Assembly (NCBI RefSeq): GCF_004010195.1
Contig: NC_057720.1
Span: forward strand, 14,644,602-14,708,601
DNA from: Chiloscyllium plagiosum
Lineage: Eukaryota
Length of the DNA: 64,000 bases
Reading direction: 5' to 3'
Under the pieces are notes generated by a model, which had not been told where the DNA came from, did no database searches, and worked only from the letters and a program-made list of their open reading frames with translations. The position numbers were made by a program, and so were the translations under genes. The first letter of the stretch is position 1, and every line of letters begins with the position of its first letter. Of this stretch, positions 1-13,157 are shown one piece after another.

Positions 1-1290
1 CTGGAACCTTTCAATGGCTTTACTGAAATCCATGTACACCATGTCAACTGCCCTACCATCGTCCACCTGCTTAGTCACTTTCTCAAAAACCTCAGAGGTT
101 TGAGAGACATGACCCACCCTGACGAAACCATGTTGACTATCTGCAATCAAATTGATGATAAATCCTATCTCTTATAATCTTTTCCAAGACTTTTCCTACA
201 ACAGACGTAAGGCTCACTGGTCAATAATTACCTGGGTGATCTCTACTGCCCTTGAACAAGGGCGCAACATTTGCAATCCTTCTTCAGTCCTCTGTACTAA
301 ACCTGTCGACATTGACCAGTCAAAGATCAAGGCCAAAGGCTCCAACACCACCTCCCTAGCTTCCCAGAGAATCCTCTGATAAATCCCATCGGGCCCAGGG
401 GACTTGTCTACTTTCACTCCTTCTAGAATTGATAACACCTCTTTCTTATTAACCTGGATCCTTTCTAGTCTAATATCCGATATCTCATTCTTCTCTATAA
501 TATCCTCCTTTTCCTGAATGAAAACAGATGAGAAATATTTGTTTAGCACCCCTCCAGTCTCCACAGGGTCCACACACAGCTTCCCATTTTTGTCTTTGAC
601 TGACCCTATTCTTACCACAGTTGTCCTTTTATTCCTCACATACCTATAAAAAGCTTTAGGGTTCTCCTTTTATTCTACCTGCTAAAGACTGCTCATGTCC
701 TCTCCTTGCTGCTCTTAACTCTGTCTTTAAATCCTTCCTAGCTAATCTGTAACTCTCCATTGCTTCACCTGAACCATCTCGTCTCAACGTCACAAGTCTC
801 CTCCTTCCGCTTAACAAGAGGTGCAATTTCTGTCGTAAACCATGGTTCCCTTGCCTTATTACTTCTTCCCTGCCTGACAGGGAAATACCTATCAAGGACA
901 CTCAATATCTGTACCTTAAACCAGCTCCACATTTCAAATGTCTCCATCCCCTGCATTTTGCTACCCCATTCTATGCATCTTCAGTATTGCCTAATCACAT
1001 TATAATTGCCCTTTCCCCCATCTATAACTCTTGCCCTGTGGCATGTACCCATCCCTTTCCATCACTAAACTAAACATAACCGAATTATTGTCTCACTGTC
1101 CAAAGTGCTCACCTACCACTAACTCAAACACCTGGCCTGGTTGACTACAAAGCACAGAGTGCGGCCTCCCCTCTTGTCAGCCCTTTGACATACTGTGTCA
1201 GGAAACCCTCCTTCACAAATTAGCACCTCAGATGGATCAGTTTTTGTCTAGAGTTGTAGCATTTCCAGTCAATGTAGGGAAAGTTAAAGT
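1..1290 (-). mobile_element. CR1-type LINE fragment, degenerate ORF2 (endonuclease to start of RT); continues past window start
   Basis: Minus-strand peptides LNKYFSSVF, VKVDKSPGPDGIY, LEPLALIF; DFNFP endonuclease motif near 1270-1290; many frameshifts. Confidence 0.9.
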
Positions 1291-1479
1291 AGCGTAAATG
1301 GACCATCAATTAACAACATTCATCATTTGACTGTAATATCTAAGATAGTCATGAAGTTACTATCTTCCTTTTTGTGATTGGTGCCAAACTAATGTTGAAA
1401 CTATGAGAATCCCCCCCCCCCAAATTCACCCAGGGTGCCGCTCCACCCTCTGCAACTGAATCCTCAGCTTCCCAACCCA

Positions 1480-2470
1480 CAGACCACAAACCGTGAAGTT
1501 AGATAACTGCACCTCCTCCATGATAATCCTCAACACCAGAGCGCCCCCCCCCCCCCCCCAAGAATGTTTTCAGCCTGCTGCTATATTCTATGTACACTCT
1601 CGACTGTGTAGCCAAATTTTGTACAAACGCCATCTACAAATTTGCTATTGACACCACAGTCGTAGGCCGGATATCAAACAGTAATGAGTCAGCATGCAGG
1701 AAGGAGATGAAGGGTTGTGGTGCAGTGATAATAATCTCTCTCAGCAAACAAACGAACTGATCATTGAGTTCATCTAGAAAGGAGGAGAACATGCCCCTAT
1801 TTATCCAGTGGAGCTGGGGTGGAGAGGGTCGAGAGCATCAAGTTCCTAGGAATGACGATAACCAGCAATCTGCCCTGGACCCCTCTCATAGGTGTGATAG
1901 TCAAGAAGGCACAACAATGCCTCTTCATCCTCAGGAGGCTTAGGAAATTCAACATGTCCGTAAGGACCCTCGCCAACTTCTACAGAAGTACCATAGAAAG
2001 TATTCTATCTGGATGCATAACGCCCTGGTATGGCAACTGCTCTGCCCAGGATCATAAGAGACTACGGAAAGTTGTGTACACAGCTCAGGCAATCACGAAA
2101 GGCAACCTCCCATCCATGGACTCCATCTACACTTGCTGCCAACATCATCAAAGATCCCTCTCACACCCTGGTAATATTCCCTTCCAACCTCTTCTGTTAG
2201 GCAGAAAATACAGAAGCTTGAACACCTGCAGCAGTGGGTTCAAGAACAGCTTTTTCCCTGCTGTTATTAGACTCCTGAATGGACTCTAATTTCAAATCTA
2301 ATGTTGATATTGCTTTGTGCTCCTCCTGTGCAGCCATAACCTTGCATGCCTTGCTCTGTCTAAACATCCTCTGATCTATATGTCCTTGTATGTTATGATC
2401 TGCCTGTACTGTTTACAAAACAAAACTTTTTCACTGTACTTGGGTACATGTGACAACAATAAATCAAATG
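1480..2470 (+). mobile_element. Rex1/Babar-type non-LTR retrotransposon, 3' part
   Basis: ORF 1819-2289 VESIKFLG...KKAQQCLFILRRLRKF...FYRSTIESILSGCITPWYGNCS...FKNSFFPAVIRLLN is the typical post-RT C-terminus of this clade; ends ACAACAATAAATCAAAT. Confidence 0.8.
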
Positions 2471-3844
2471 AGTGTGACTCCACCCAGCACCTTGCAAACC
2501 CATCACCACCGCCGTCGAGAAGGACAAGAGCAGCAGATATGTGGGCGCACTTCCAAGCTTTCCTCCAAGGCACTTGCCATCCTGACTTGGAAATATGTCA
2601 TGATTCCTTTAGTTTCAAATCCTGGAATATTCCCATCTGTTGTTTTAGGTTTACCTACAGCAAATGGAATGCAGCAGTTTAAGGCGGTAGCTCACAGCCA
2701 CCTTTTTCCATGGCAACTAGGAATCAGCAATGAATGCTGTCCCAGCCTTGGCCTAACTGAACCTGAGTGTCAGTGAATAGATTATTGTGAAGCAAGTGCT
2801 GCTTGATAATGTTGATTAGCCTTTCCATTATTTTACTAATCAAGAGTAAACTGCTAGGTGAGGAAGTGGCTGGGCTAGACTGGACCTGCTTTTTATCTAC
2901 TGGACATATGCTGCCAGTTTTCCATTTCTGGTAGATGCCAATGTTGTAATTGAAGAGCCTCAATGGTTTTGATGTGGAATTGGCCTATATCCTCAGGCAT
3001 GGCAAATCTAGCAGATAATTTTGATCTCCTGGCAAACAATGTGTCTTTTACCAGTGTTGATCTCTGAGATTGAGGGAGGGAGAACGTACAAACTCCACAC
3101 AATCGCACAAGGCTGGAATCAAACCTGGATCCCTGGCACAGAAACAGCAGTGCTAACCAATGAGTCGCTGTCCCACCCTGTTTCCAGTGTCTGTGCAGTT
3201 CTTCCGTTGTAGGCAATCTTTTAATCTTCCTATATAAAACAAGAGATGAGCATCTCTTAATGTCTCTGTTTCAGCACCACCTGATTTAAAGTGAGTATTC
3301 CAATGCAGCCAGTTTTGCATATTCCAGGCTGGCAGGTGATCCCAGCCATCCTCGGTTAGCAGTGTCCTTTTTTTAAAATCACTTCATGACTATTACAGTC
3401 GGATGATGAATGTTGTATATTGATGGTCCATTTACACGACAGTCAAAATACCTTCTCAAAGGTGTCAGAAAATCCCAAGTATGTAAAGTCTGTTATTTGA
3501 TCCTTGAACTTCTCCAGCTGTAATTTTGTTCTGTTCACATTGTAACCTTCCTCAATCTTGCTTCTATGATGCAAACTTTTTTGTGCATGTCATCCCTATC
3601 ATTTTGAGTTTTTGTCAACATGTTTCAAAATCTCCTCAAAACTGACCCTGCCTTCAGTTGCATCACAGTTTTAACCGACTTGTTCCTCAGGATCCGTACT
3701 TAACACATCCGTAAAGGTTTTGATATTAATGGCATTGAGTGATCAAAGTGTTTCAAGTCATGAATTTAAACTAGCTGTAAAGTAAAGGAGCTTAAGGTTA
3801 TTTAATGTATTTCTTGATAAATAACTACTTCTTCTGTCAACCAG

Positions 3845-4030
3845 GTAGCCTAGAGGTTAGGCTTATGGGATGTCAAGACTTGCTGGAGACAGTTCCTGGT
3901 CGATCAAAAAATACATTTGTTCCTTTGCCTGGCTGGAGCCCAAATGAAACCAGGTCCTCCTTCATAAGCAGAACTAGCAAAGGCAGAAGTGGAAATAGCC
4001 GGTATCCTGTCAAAACAGAAGATTTGTCCA
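3845..4030 (+). CDS. PKN2: PKN2 coding exon, start of C2-like domain (GSLEVRLMGCQDLLE...EDLS)
   Basis: Acceptor ccag at 3841-3844; peptide matches PKN2 GTLEVRLMGCQDILENVPGRSK; phase-1 donor GTTAAGT fits the next exon. Confidence 0.93.
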
Positions 4031-4214
4031 GTTAAGTAAACTTTAAATAAACATATGTTTTATGGGTTTGTGCATCGTCTGAGCATCAGAGAACTTGACC
4101 ATCTTTCTGAACTTCATGTTACAAGACGTTACTTCATTCTTGATGGAGGAACTGGGAGTTGTTGAATCAAAATACAGCATAGGTTGGCTTATGTATTTGT
4201 GCACCCTTCCTCTG

Positions 4215-7200
4215 TTAATAGAACATAGAACATTACAGCAAGGTACAGGCCCTTCAGCTCTTGATGTTGCACCCTGTGAAATCAATCTGATGCTCATCTA
4301 ACCTACACCTTTTCATTATTATCCATATGTATGCCCAATGCTCACTAAGTGCCCTTAACATAGTCGAGTATACTACTATTGCAGGCAGGCCGTTCCACAC
4401 TCCACTACTGAGTAAAAAATCTACTCTGGTACCTGTCCTAAATCTATCACCCATCAACTTCAAGCTATGTCCCCTCGTGTTAGCCTTCACCAACTGAGGA
4501 AGAAGGCTCTCGCTGTCCACCCTATCTAACCCTCTGATTATCTTGTGTCTCAGTTGACTCACCTCTCTATCTCCTTCTGTCCAACGAAACCGCCTCAGTT
4601 CCCTCGGCCTTTCCTTGTAAGATCTTCCTTCTGGACCAGGTAACATCCTAGTAAATCTCTTCTGAACCCTTTCCAAAGCTGCCACATCCTTCCTATGCTG
4701 CGGTGGCCAGAACTGTATGCAGTACTCTAGGCCTTATCAGTGTCTTGTACAGCTGAAGCATGACCTCGTGGCTCTGAAACTCAATCTCCCTAGCAATAAA
4801 CACCACACACCATATGTCGTCTTAACAACCCTATCAGTCTGGGTGGCAACTTTCAGGAGTTTATGCACCAGGACACACCGATCTGATTGTCTACACTGCC
4901 AAGAATTTTACCATTAGCCCAGTACTCTGCATTCCTGTTACTACTTCAGAAGTGAACTATCTCACTTTTTTCCGCATTAAACTCCATTTTCCACTTCTCA
5001 GCCCAGCTCTGCATCTTATCTATGTCCCTCTGTAACACAACATCCTTAGGTACTATTCACAATTCTGCCTATCTTAGTGTCATCTGCAAATTTACTAACC
5101 CATCCTTCTGCGTCCACATCTAGATCATTGATAAAAATGGTCAACAGCAGTGGCCCCAGAACAGATCCTTGCAGCACACCACTGGTAACAGTTCCAGGAT
5201 GAACATATCCCATCAACCACCACCCTCTGTCTTCTTTCAGTAAGCAAATTTCTGATCCAATTTGCTAAATCACTTTCAATCTCGAAACTCCGTATTTTGT
5301 GCAATAGCCTACTGTGTGGAACCTTATCAATACCTTACTGAAGTCCATAAACATCGCATCAACCGTTTTACCTTCATCCATCTGTTTTGTCACCACCTCG
5401 AAGAACTCAATAAGGTTAGTTAGGTATGACCTACCCTTCACAAAACTGTGTTGACTATCCCTAATCAAATTATTCCATTCGAGATGATTATCAATCCTAT
5501 CACTTATAACTTTTCCAACACTTTTTACCCATGCCTGAAGCAAGGCGTACTGACCAGTAATTACCAGGGTTGTCTCGATTCCCTTTCTTAAACAAAGGAA
5601 TAACATTTGCTATCCTTCAGTCTTTGGCCACTTCTCCTGTCGACAATGATGACATAAAGATCAAAGCCAAAGGCTCTGCAATCTCCTCCCTGGCTTCCCA
5701 GAGAATCAGAGGATAAGTCCCATCCAGCCCAGGGGTCTTATCTATTTTCAGATCTTACAAAAATTGCTAAAATCTCCTCATTGTCAACCACAATCCCATT
5801 TCATCTAGTAGCCTGTATTTCTGTATTTTCATTAACATTGCCCTTTTCTAATGTGAATATTGATGAAAAGTATTCATTAAGCGCTTCCCCTATGTCGTCT
5901 GATTCCACACACAACTTTCCACCACTATCTTTGATTGGCTGTAAGCTTATTCTAGTCATTCTTTATTCTTTTATTCCGGATATACCTATAGAAGGCCTTA
6001 AGGTTTTCATTGATCCTATCCGCCAACAACTTTTCATGTCCCCTCCTGGCTCTTGTTAGCCCTGTCTTTAGATCTTTTCTGGCTAACTTAACTCTCAAGC
6101 CCCCAAACTGAGCCTTCATGCCTCATCCTCTCATAAGCTGCCTTCTTCCTCCTAGATAAGAGCTTCAACTTCTTTAGTAAACCATGGCTCTCTGTCTTAA
6201 CAACTACCTCCCTGACTGATTGATAGGTATATACTTATCAGTGACCTGCAATAGCTGTTCCTTGAATAAGCTCCACATTCCAAGTGTGTCCATCCCCTGC
6301 AGTTTCCTTCCCCATCCTATGCAACTGATGAATATTGCCTGATCGCATCATAATTGCCTTTTCCCCAGTTATTACCTCTTTCCCTGTGGTATATACCTAT
6401 CCCTGCCCTTGCTGTTGTGAACATAACTGAATTGTGGTCATTATCAAAGTCCTCACCTACCTCCAAATCTAACACCTGGCTGGGTTCATTACCCAGTACC
6501 AAATCCAATATGGTGTTGCCCCTTGTTGGTCTGTCTACATACTGTGTCAGAAAACCCTCCTGCACACATTGAACAAAAACTGGCCCATCTAAACTACTTG
6601 AACTATAATATTCCCAGTCAATATTGGGAAAGTTAAAGTCCCCCATAACAACTACCCTGTGACTCTCACTCCTATCGAGAATCATCTTTGCTATCCTTTC
6701 CTCTACATCCCTGGAAAAATTCAGAACGCTATAGAAAACGCCCAGCAGGGTGACCCCTCCATTCCTGTTCTAACCTCTGCCCAAACTGCGTCAATGGATG
6801 AGTACTTAAATGTTATCTCCGCTGCTGTAATACTACCCTTGATTAACAGTGCCAACCACTCTTTCCTGCCCCGTTCACCACCACCACCACCATCTTCTCT
6901 GTTCTTACTGAAACATCTATAATCCCAGAATCTGCAAAACCATTCCAGTCCTTCCTCTAGCCATGTTTCTGAAATGGCTGCAACATCGAAATCCTAGGTA
7001 CCAACCCTCGCTGCAAGTTCACCCATCTTATTCCAGATGCTCCTGGCATTTGAAGTACACACATTTCAAACCAACATCCAGATTGCTGGTGTCCTCTCGC
7101 GACCTTGTACACCTATCCCTGACCTCAGTACCCTTAACCTCCTGTATCATGGAACTACAATTCAGGTTACCATTCTCCAGTGGTGCTTCACTGGCACGTA

Positions 7201-7335
7201 GCAGTGGCAACAAACCAGAGATGATGATTCTGTTCTAGCTATAAGCTTCCACCCTAGCTCCCTGAATTTCTGCCTTAGATTCCCTCACCTTTCTTCCTAC
7301 CTATGTCGATGGTGCCTATGTGGACCACATCTTGG
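4215..7335 (-). mobile_element. CR1 LINE, internally deleted, from ORF1 remnant to 3' tail
   Basis: 3' tail (ATAGAAC)n at ~4218; RT SQHSFVKGRSYLTNLIEFF..MDFSK; endonuclease VVVMGDFNFPNIDWE..DHN; VVHIGT esterase-like motif near 7305-7330. Confidence 0.9.
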
Positions 7336-8096
7336 TTGCTTAACCTTAACGTAAATTACAGTTTTATTCATTCTTTTTCACCCTGACTAAAAGCTGGCAG
7401 GAACAAATGCTTACAAATCATTTTTGTCCCATGTTTCAGTAGCGTAATTAGTGCAGGCAAACCCACAATCCTTTAGTGGCTTGTCTATTCTGAAGCTCTT
7501 AAGATTCAATCTATAGTGAATTTTGAGAAGATTTGTAGCTCAGGTTGAGGTTCTGCATGTAGGTTTGGTTGCTGAGCTGGATTTTATAAATGCAATTAAC
7601 TTAAAACTGTACATATTACAGTCTTGGTTTAAATTTGTTCCTAAAATTAATTTGAGCGTGTGTGTACAAGCCTAGGTCAAGGCCCTCAGCATGATTTGAA
7701 ATAAGTAGAACAAAAGGTCAACTAAATGTGAAGTAGTGGTTAGCTTATGCCAAACTAGGTTTGAAATCTTTTAGTTTGTAAGTAGAAAAGAAGTATGATT
7801 GGCCAGCTTGTACTTATTTTAGAGCTATGAAGGGAAAAGTGCTGGGTGGGGCATGTAAAGATGAAGAGTGGAATGCACTCCCTAAACTCCTCATTCAGTT
7901 CAGAAAGTATTTAAATGTGGAAGGTTACTGGTCCTGATCAGCAATATGAGAGTGCTTAGTCATTTTGTTTTGCCCTGCTCTGCTTACAGCACACAGAATC
8001 CTAAATTTACTTATTTGTTGAAGGTTGTGTTGAGAGAGAGCTCAAGGAAGTCCCAGTCCTCTGGCACTATCTAACTGAGAATTTATTTCTGTACAG

Positions 8097-8206
8097 ATGA
8101 GATTGGTGCTGTACTGAAGCTGGACAATACAGTTGTTGGACAAACTAGTTGGAAACCGGTTTCCAATCAGTCGTGGGATCAGAAATTTACATTAGAGCTA
8201 GATCGG
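8097..8206 (+). CDS. PKN2: PKN2 exon (NEIGAVLKLDNTVVGQTSWKPVSNQSWDQKFTLELDR)
   Basis: CTAAC branch point at 8071; gtacag acceptor; gtaagc donor; near-identical to PKN2 C2 domain. Confidence 0.96.
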
Positions 8207-9424
8207 GTAAGCAAGAGAAACTGTGCACCTTCTTTCTTGGAAGTAGGACGTTGCCTTATTAATGAGGGAGAGCTCGAAGCTGGAATTTAATCACTGCGGT
8301 TTTAATGCTTGTCAAAACTATAACTGAACAAATTGTCATATGGCATTTAGACCGAAGTCTGGCTGCAAAACTAAATTAGTCATGAAATTTTATTAGTAGC
8401 TAGCTATTAATTGGGCCATGTAAAAATATGGTTGAACTCTATTCTAGGATTCCCCAATTGCCAGCAGATGTTTTTCAGCAAACTTGCCTTCGAGCCTGTC
8501 AAAATAGTTCATGTAAAATTTCTCTGCAATATCTTTCATCCTCAAAATTGGCCTCCAATTTTTAAATAGAATCAATTCTGGAACAATGGTACTTCCCAAG
8601 TGAACACTCTCTCAAATAAAATAGCAGGAACTTTGACATGATGTAATACTGGGCTTCCCAAAGCGTGGAGGTCAATGCCTAGTGGGATTACAAGTCAAAG
8701 TTTTTTGAGGTGGTGAGCTCCAAAACAGCAATGGCTGTCATGGCACTCCTACAGAGTTAACTGTTTGGAAGTCCCTTAAAATTTTGTATTTTTGATGTCC
8801 TGTTCTGAAAAACCCAATCTAAGCTTTTTTTTAAAGCACTAAAAAAACTCTCTTCTCTCAGGTATGCATTACCACTCACACTGAGGGAATTCGAGTTTCT
8901 GAAGCCTCCAAATGGTGTCACAATGCAAAAACATTTACATTATAACGCCCTGACATTTAATTGTAGTTGGCACTTCAGAATCAGTTTATAATTTATTTTG
9001 GTGACTGCACAGTCTTGACCAACAGGTTTTGGAGACCAGTTGTTATGTAGTCATTTGTTCTGGATGGGATGCTGCAGTAATCTGTAACAACCATCTCATG
9101 GAATTTTCCCTCGTCAATTTTGGAAAGTGCTTCAAATCATTTCAAATTACCACATGAATAATCTTTTGATACAAACTTGAATTGCTCTTTGCCCTGGTAT
9201 AGTGGCAGGCAAACCTGTCACTGAACCAAGCTTTGCGCTTGTCACTATTGTCTCTTCAAAGTTTGGGAGCAAGACCAAATTGTGTAATTGAAAATATGAA
9301 GTGGTGTAATGGTCTACGATCTTAATAAGCAATTCCAAGTTAATGAAGCTTGAGATCTTTAAGTCTTGTTGAATAATGCTTCTAGTTTTTAAATTAATCA
9401 AATTTAGTTTTGAATTTTGTTTAG

Positions 9425-9568
9425 TCGCGTGAACTGGAGATGTCTGTGTATTGGCGTGATTGGCGTTCCCTCTGTGCTGTGAAATTTCTTCGGTTAGAAG
9501 ACTTCCTAGATAATCAACGGCATGGAATGTGCTTGTATCTAGAGCCACAGGGTACACTCTTTGCAGAG
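9425..9568 (+). CDS. PKN2: PKN2 exon ([17 protein letters not shown]...GTLFAE)
   Basis: ttag acceptor, gtatgg donor, 144 nt phase 0-0. Confidence 0.96.
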
Positions 9569-9646
9569 GTATGGATTATCCAAAATTCTGACTTCGTTTG
9601 CTCCTGTATTTATATCATGTGCGACATATTCAACTGTATTTTCCAG

Positions 9647-9722
9647 GTAACTTTTTACAATCCGGTTATTGAGAGGCGACCAAAACTTCAACGACAGAAG
9701 AAGATTTTCCCAAAGCAGCAAG
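9647..9722 (+). CDS. PKN2: PKN2 exon ([25 protein letters not shown])
   Basis: ttccag acceptor, gtaaaa donor; basic pseudosubstrate-like segment. Confidence 0.95.
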
Positions 9723-9903
9723 GTAAAAATTCAAATCCAAGTATGGACTGTTTGGTTTAAAAATAAGTCAGTCAGTTAATTGTTGAAGAGTCGGTGTCAC
9801 CTAGCATAGAATGTTGTTTGCGTGAGTAAAAGTAGATCATATAAGATCTTTGCAACAAGTTGATGAACAGCTGTCTTTTTCAACCTGCCTTTTCTCATTA
9901 CAG

Positions 9904-10072
9904 GCAAAACGTTCCTTCGAGCCCCTCAGATGAATATTAATATCGCCACATGGGGGCGATTGGTGAGAAGAGCTGTTCCTACCGTGAATAATTCTGGCAC
10001 CTTCAGCCCCCCAGCCTCTATCCCTGCTGCGGTGCCAGCAGTTTCTCATTCAGCAAGAAAAGATTCAACGAA
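9904..10072 (+). CDS. PKN2: PKN2 exon ([26 protein letters not shown]...KDST)
   Basis: tacag acceptor; 3' end set by the phase-2 donor AA|GTGTGT that the next exon requires (3' end less certain). Confidence 0.88.
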
Positions 10073-10654
10073 GTGTGTATTTTGTCTGAATTATTTTTTT
10101 TAAATGTCTGTGGAAAGCAATGAATGTGTCTATGTTGTAGGACTGATTTTTTTTTTATCTTTTGTTTGTTTAAGAGAACTCTGATCAAAAAGTTCCAAAA
10201 TTTATATTATAGGCATTTGAAACATAATTAACTTGAGAAATGGGATAAACTCAGTTTCATCTTTTTAAGTCCACCATCATGGTTTTAAGCAACTCATGTC
10301 AGCAAGGAGAAGTCCAAAGCAGCACTTTTTGAACATAATGCAAATATACAGTTAATTACAGATTCTTTGCATAATGTTTTTGGTTGTAGGTCATCCATGT
10401 TATTTTGATAGACAGACTTGGTTTGACTTAGAGATGCTGCCAAAAAACTATATCTGAATGATGTTGCACTTCAGACAATTTTATCCTATCAGCTTGATCT
10501 GAAAGATGACATTATGGATCTTATGCATCTCTGAGTTTTTCAGTCACTCATATTTGTTAGAGCTATAATTGATTATATTGTCTTCAAAGTATATTTTGTT
10601 TTGATGAGTGGGAGGAATTTTATGCAAGTGTTCAGTTGTAGCTGAACCTTTTTT

Positions 10655-11210
10655 TATTCTTCCATGAGATGTGGGCTTCACTGGCTATATCAGCATTTAT
10701 TTCCCATCTTAAATTGGCCTCGAGAAACTGGTGATGAGGTGCTTCATGAGATGCTGCAGTCTGTGATGTTGATAAATGCTGGACATTTCCAGGTTTTTAA
10801 CCCAACAACACACAACAAATGGCACAAAGTGCCAAGTTGAGATGATGTGCAGCTTGAAGGGGAAATTTACTGATGGTGGTGTTAGTGTATTTGCTGCCTT
10901 TGTCCTTCTGAGTAATAGAGGTTGAAGTTTGGAAGGTGCTGTTGAAGGAGCCTTAGCGAGTTACTGCAGTGCATCTTTCAAAAAGAAACACTTGCTGTCA
11001 CTATGGATTGGTGCCAATCGAGCAGGCTTCTTTCCAGTGGATAGTGATAACTGTTTGAATGTTGTTGGAGCAGCATTCGTTCAGGCAAGTGGGATTATTC
11101 TATTCGAAGCATTGAAAAGTGAGTTGCTAGTTGCAGAACTCTTTGCCTTCAGCCTGCTCCAGTAGTCACAGTATTTATTTGGCTTGTTCAATTTCTGGTC
11201 AATGGTTAAC
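10655..11210 (-). mobile_element. Old CR1/L2-group LINE 3' fragment
   Basis: Reverse of the GGGCAATAAATGCTGG-type 3' end; homologous to the copy at 41280-42450. Confidence 0.65.
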
Positions 11211-11364
11211 CACATTCCACTTTGCCTCAACTCTGATGTTCCAGTAGTTGAAGAGAATGTAGGGCATTCTCCAGGTTTTCTGGACCAAGCTCAAACAGAT
11301 CAGGGAAATTTCTCATTACTATAAGTGGAACCTTGCTATCTGCAAATTGGTTACTATATTTAAA

Positions 11365-12715
11365 AACTGAAAGTACAGCAGATGCTGTAAATCAGAAAGA
11401 AAAACATGGCTGAAAAAGCTCAGTAAGTCTAGCAGCATCTCTGAAGAGAAATCAATGTTTACGGTCAAGGGACCCTTCCTCAGAATTGATTGCAGCTAGG
11501 AAAATGTTGGTTTTTATGTAGAAGATACAGTGGGAGTTGGGGGGGGGGGAGGAAGAGAGCGAAGAACTGTTGGACAGATGAAGTAGATAATCAGCCTACA
11601 GAATGAATCAGTGTGGCACTGGAAAAGAAAGTGGGTCAGACAGCATCCGAGCAACAGGAGAATCAACATCTCTCTGGCATAAGCCCTTCATCAGGAATGT
11701 GGGAGGAGGTGGAGAGGGGGAGAAGGGGCCTGAGAGATAAATAGGTGGGTGGGGTGAGATCACTGGGAAGGCGATAGGTAGATGCAGGTGGGGGGTGATG
11801 GTGATAGGTCCGAGGAGAGGGTGGAATGGATAGGTGGGAAGGAAGATGGAAAGGTAGGACAGTTCTAGGGTGGTGTCGAGTTGGAGGGTTAGATCTGGGA
11901 TGAGGTGTGGGGATTGGAGATGAGGAAACTGGTGAAGTCAACGTTGATGCCATGTGGTTGGAGGGTCCCAAGGCTGAAGATGAGTTGTTCTTCAGTGTGT
12001 AGGTTTGCTCGCTGAGCTGTAGGTTTGATATCCAGACGTTTCATTACCTGGCTAGGTAACATAATCAGTGGCGACCTCCAAGTGAAGCGAAGCTGTTGTC
12101 TCCTGCTTTCTATTTATATGTTTATCCTGGATGGGGTTCCTGGGGTTTGTGGTGATGTCATTTCCTGTTCGTTTTCTGAGGGGTTGATAGATGGCATCTA
12201 GATCTGTGTGTTTGTTTATGGCATTGTGGTTGGAGTGCCAGGCCTCTAGGAGTTCTCTGGCATGTCTTTGCTTAGCCTGTCCCAGGATAGATGTGTTGTC
12301 CCAGTCGAATTGTTTTTTTTCATCCGTGTGTAGGGCTATGAGGGAGAGAGGTGTTCTTCCTCCGGTATCGGGTGGCTTGGTTTTGGCGATGGAGGAGGCA
12401 TGTCCATAGTGGAGTGGGAGAGAGAGTTACAGCCACAGGATGGTGGAGTTGTTTGAAGCATGTGTTCCAGAGATGTTCGCTGAAACATTTTGTGAGTTGG
12501 CTTCCTGTCTTCCCCCAATATAGAGGAGACCACATTGTGAGCAATGGACACATCAGATGAGATGTTTGAATGAGCATAATGAGTCCTGAAGACTGTAGAG
12601 TTCCCAAGTGGAAAATGAGGTGCTGTTCTCCAGCATGCGCTGAGCTTCGCTGGAGCAGTGCAGCAAGCCTGAGACAGAGACATTGGCTAGGGAACATGGT
12701 GTGTTGAAGTGGTTG
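11365..12715 (-). mobile_element. Cluster of nested Penelope-like element (PLE) fragments from at least two families
   Basis: CAGATGCTG...CAGCATCT terminal motifs; minus-strand LGTLQP.G.NVDFTSF endonuclease tails; inserted 11993-12333 piece encoding FDWDNTSILGQAKQRHARELLEAWHS (GIY-YIG C-terminus); hammerhead-like motifs. Confidence 0.8.
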
Positions 12716-12997
12716 CTATATTTATCACATTAAGCCAGTAACTATAATGAAAAACGAAATGAAGTCTGAAATTATTTGGGACATGTTATGGATATGAGTG
12801 CTATATAAAGGCCAGTTAACTTAAGTAGTTGCAAGTGATTTTGGCAGTAGTTATGAATTCTGAGGTGAATAATGCAAAAGAGATGAGACAAATTTATTAA
12901 AGGCAAGTCATAAGCAAAACTTGCTTTGCATTGGTTGGGCTTGCAGTGTAAACATGTCAGCCAATTCTTTGACGTAGTAGGGCATGACCATTGCCTC

Positions 12998-13157
12998 AAA
13001 AACAAATTGCTGGAAAGGCTCAGCAGGTCTGGCAGCATCTGTGGAGAGAAATCATTAACATTTTGGATCCGGTGATCCTTCCTCAGAGCTATTAACTCTG
13101 ATTTCTCCTCACAGATGCTGCCAGACCTGCTGAGCCTTTCCAGCAATTTGTTTTTGT
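12998..13157. repeat. PLE-derived short inverted-repeat (hairpin) element
   Basis: AAAAACAAATTGCTGGAAAGGCTCAGCAGGTCTGGCAGCATCTGTG, and its reverse complement at ~13109-13157. Confidence 0.9.
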
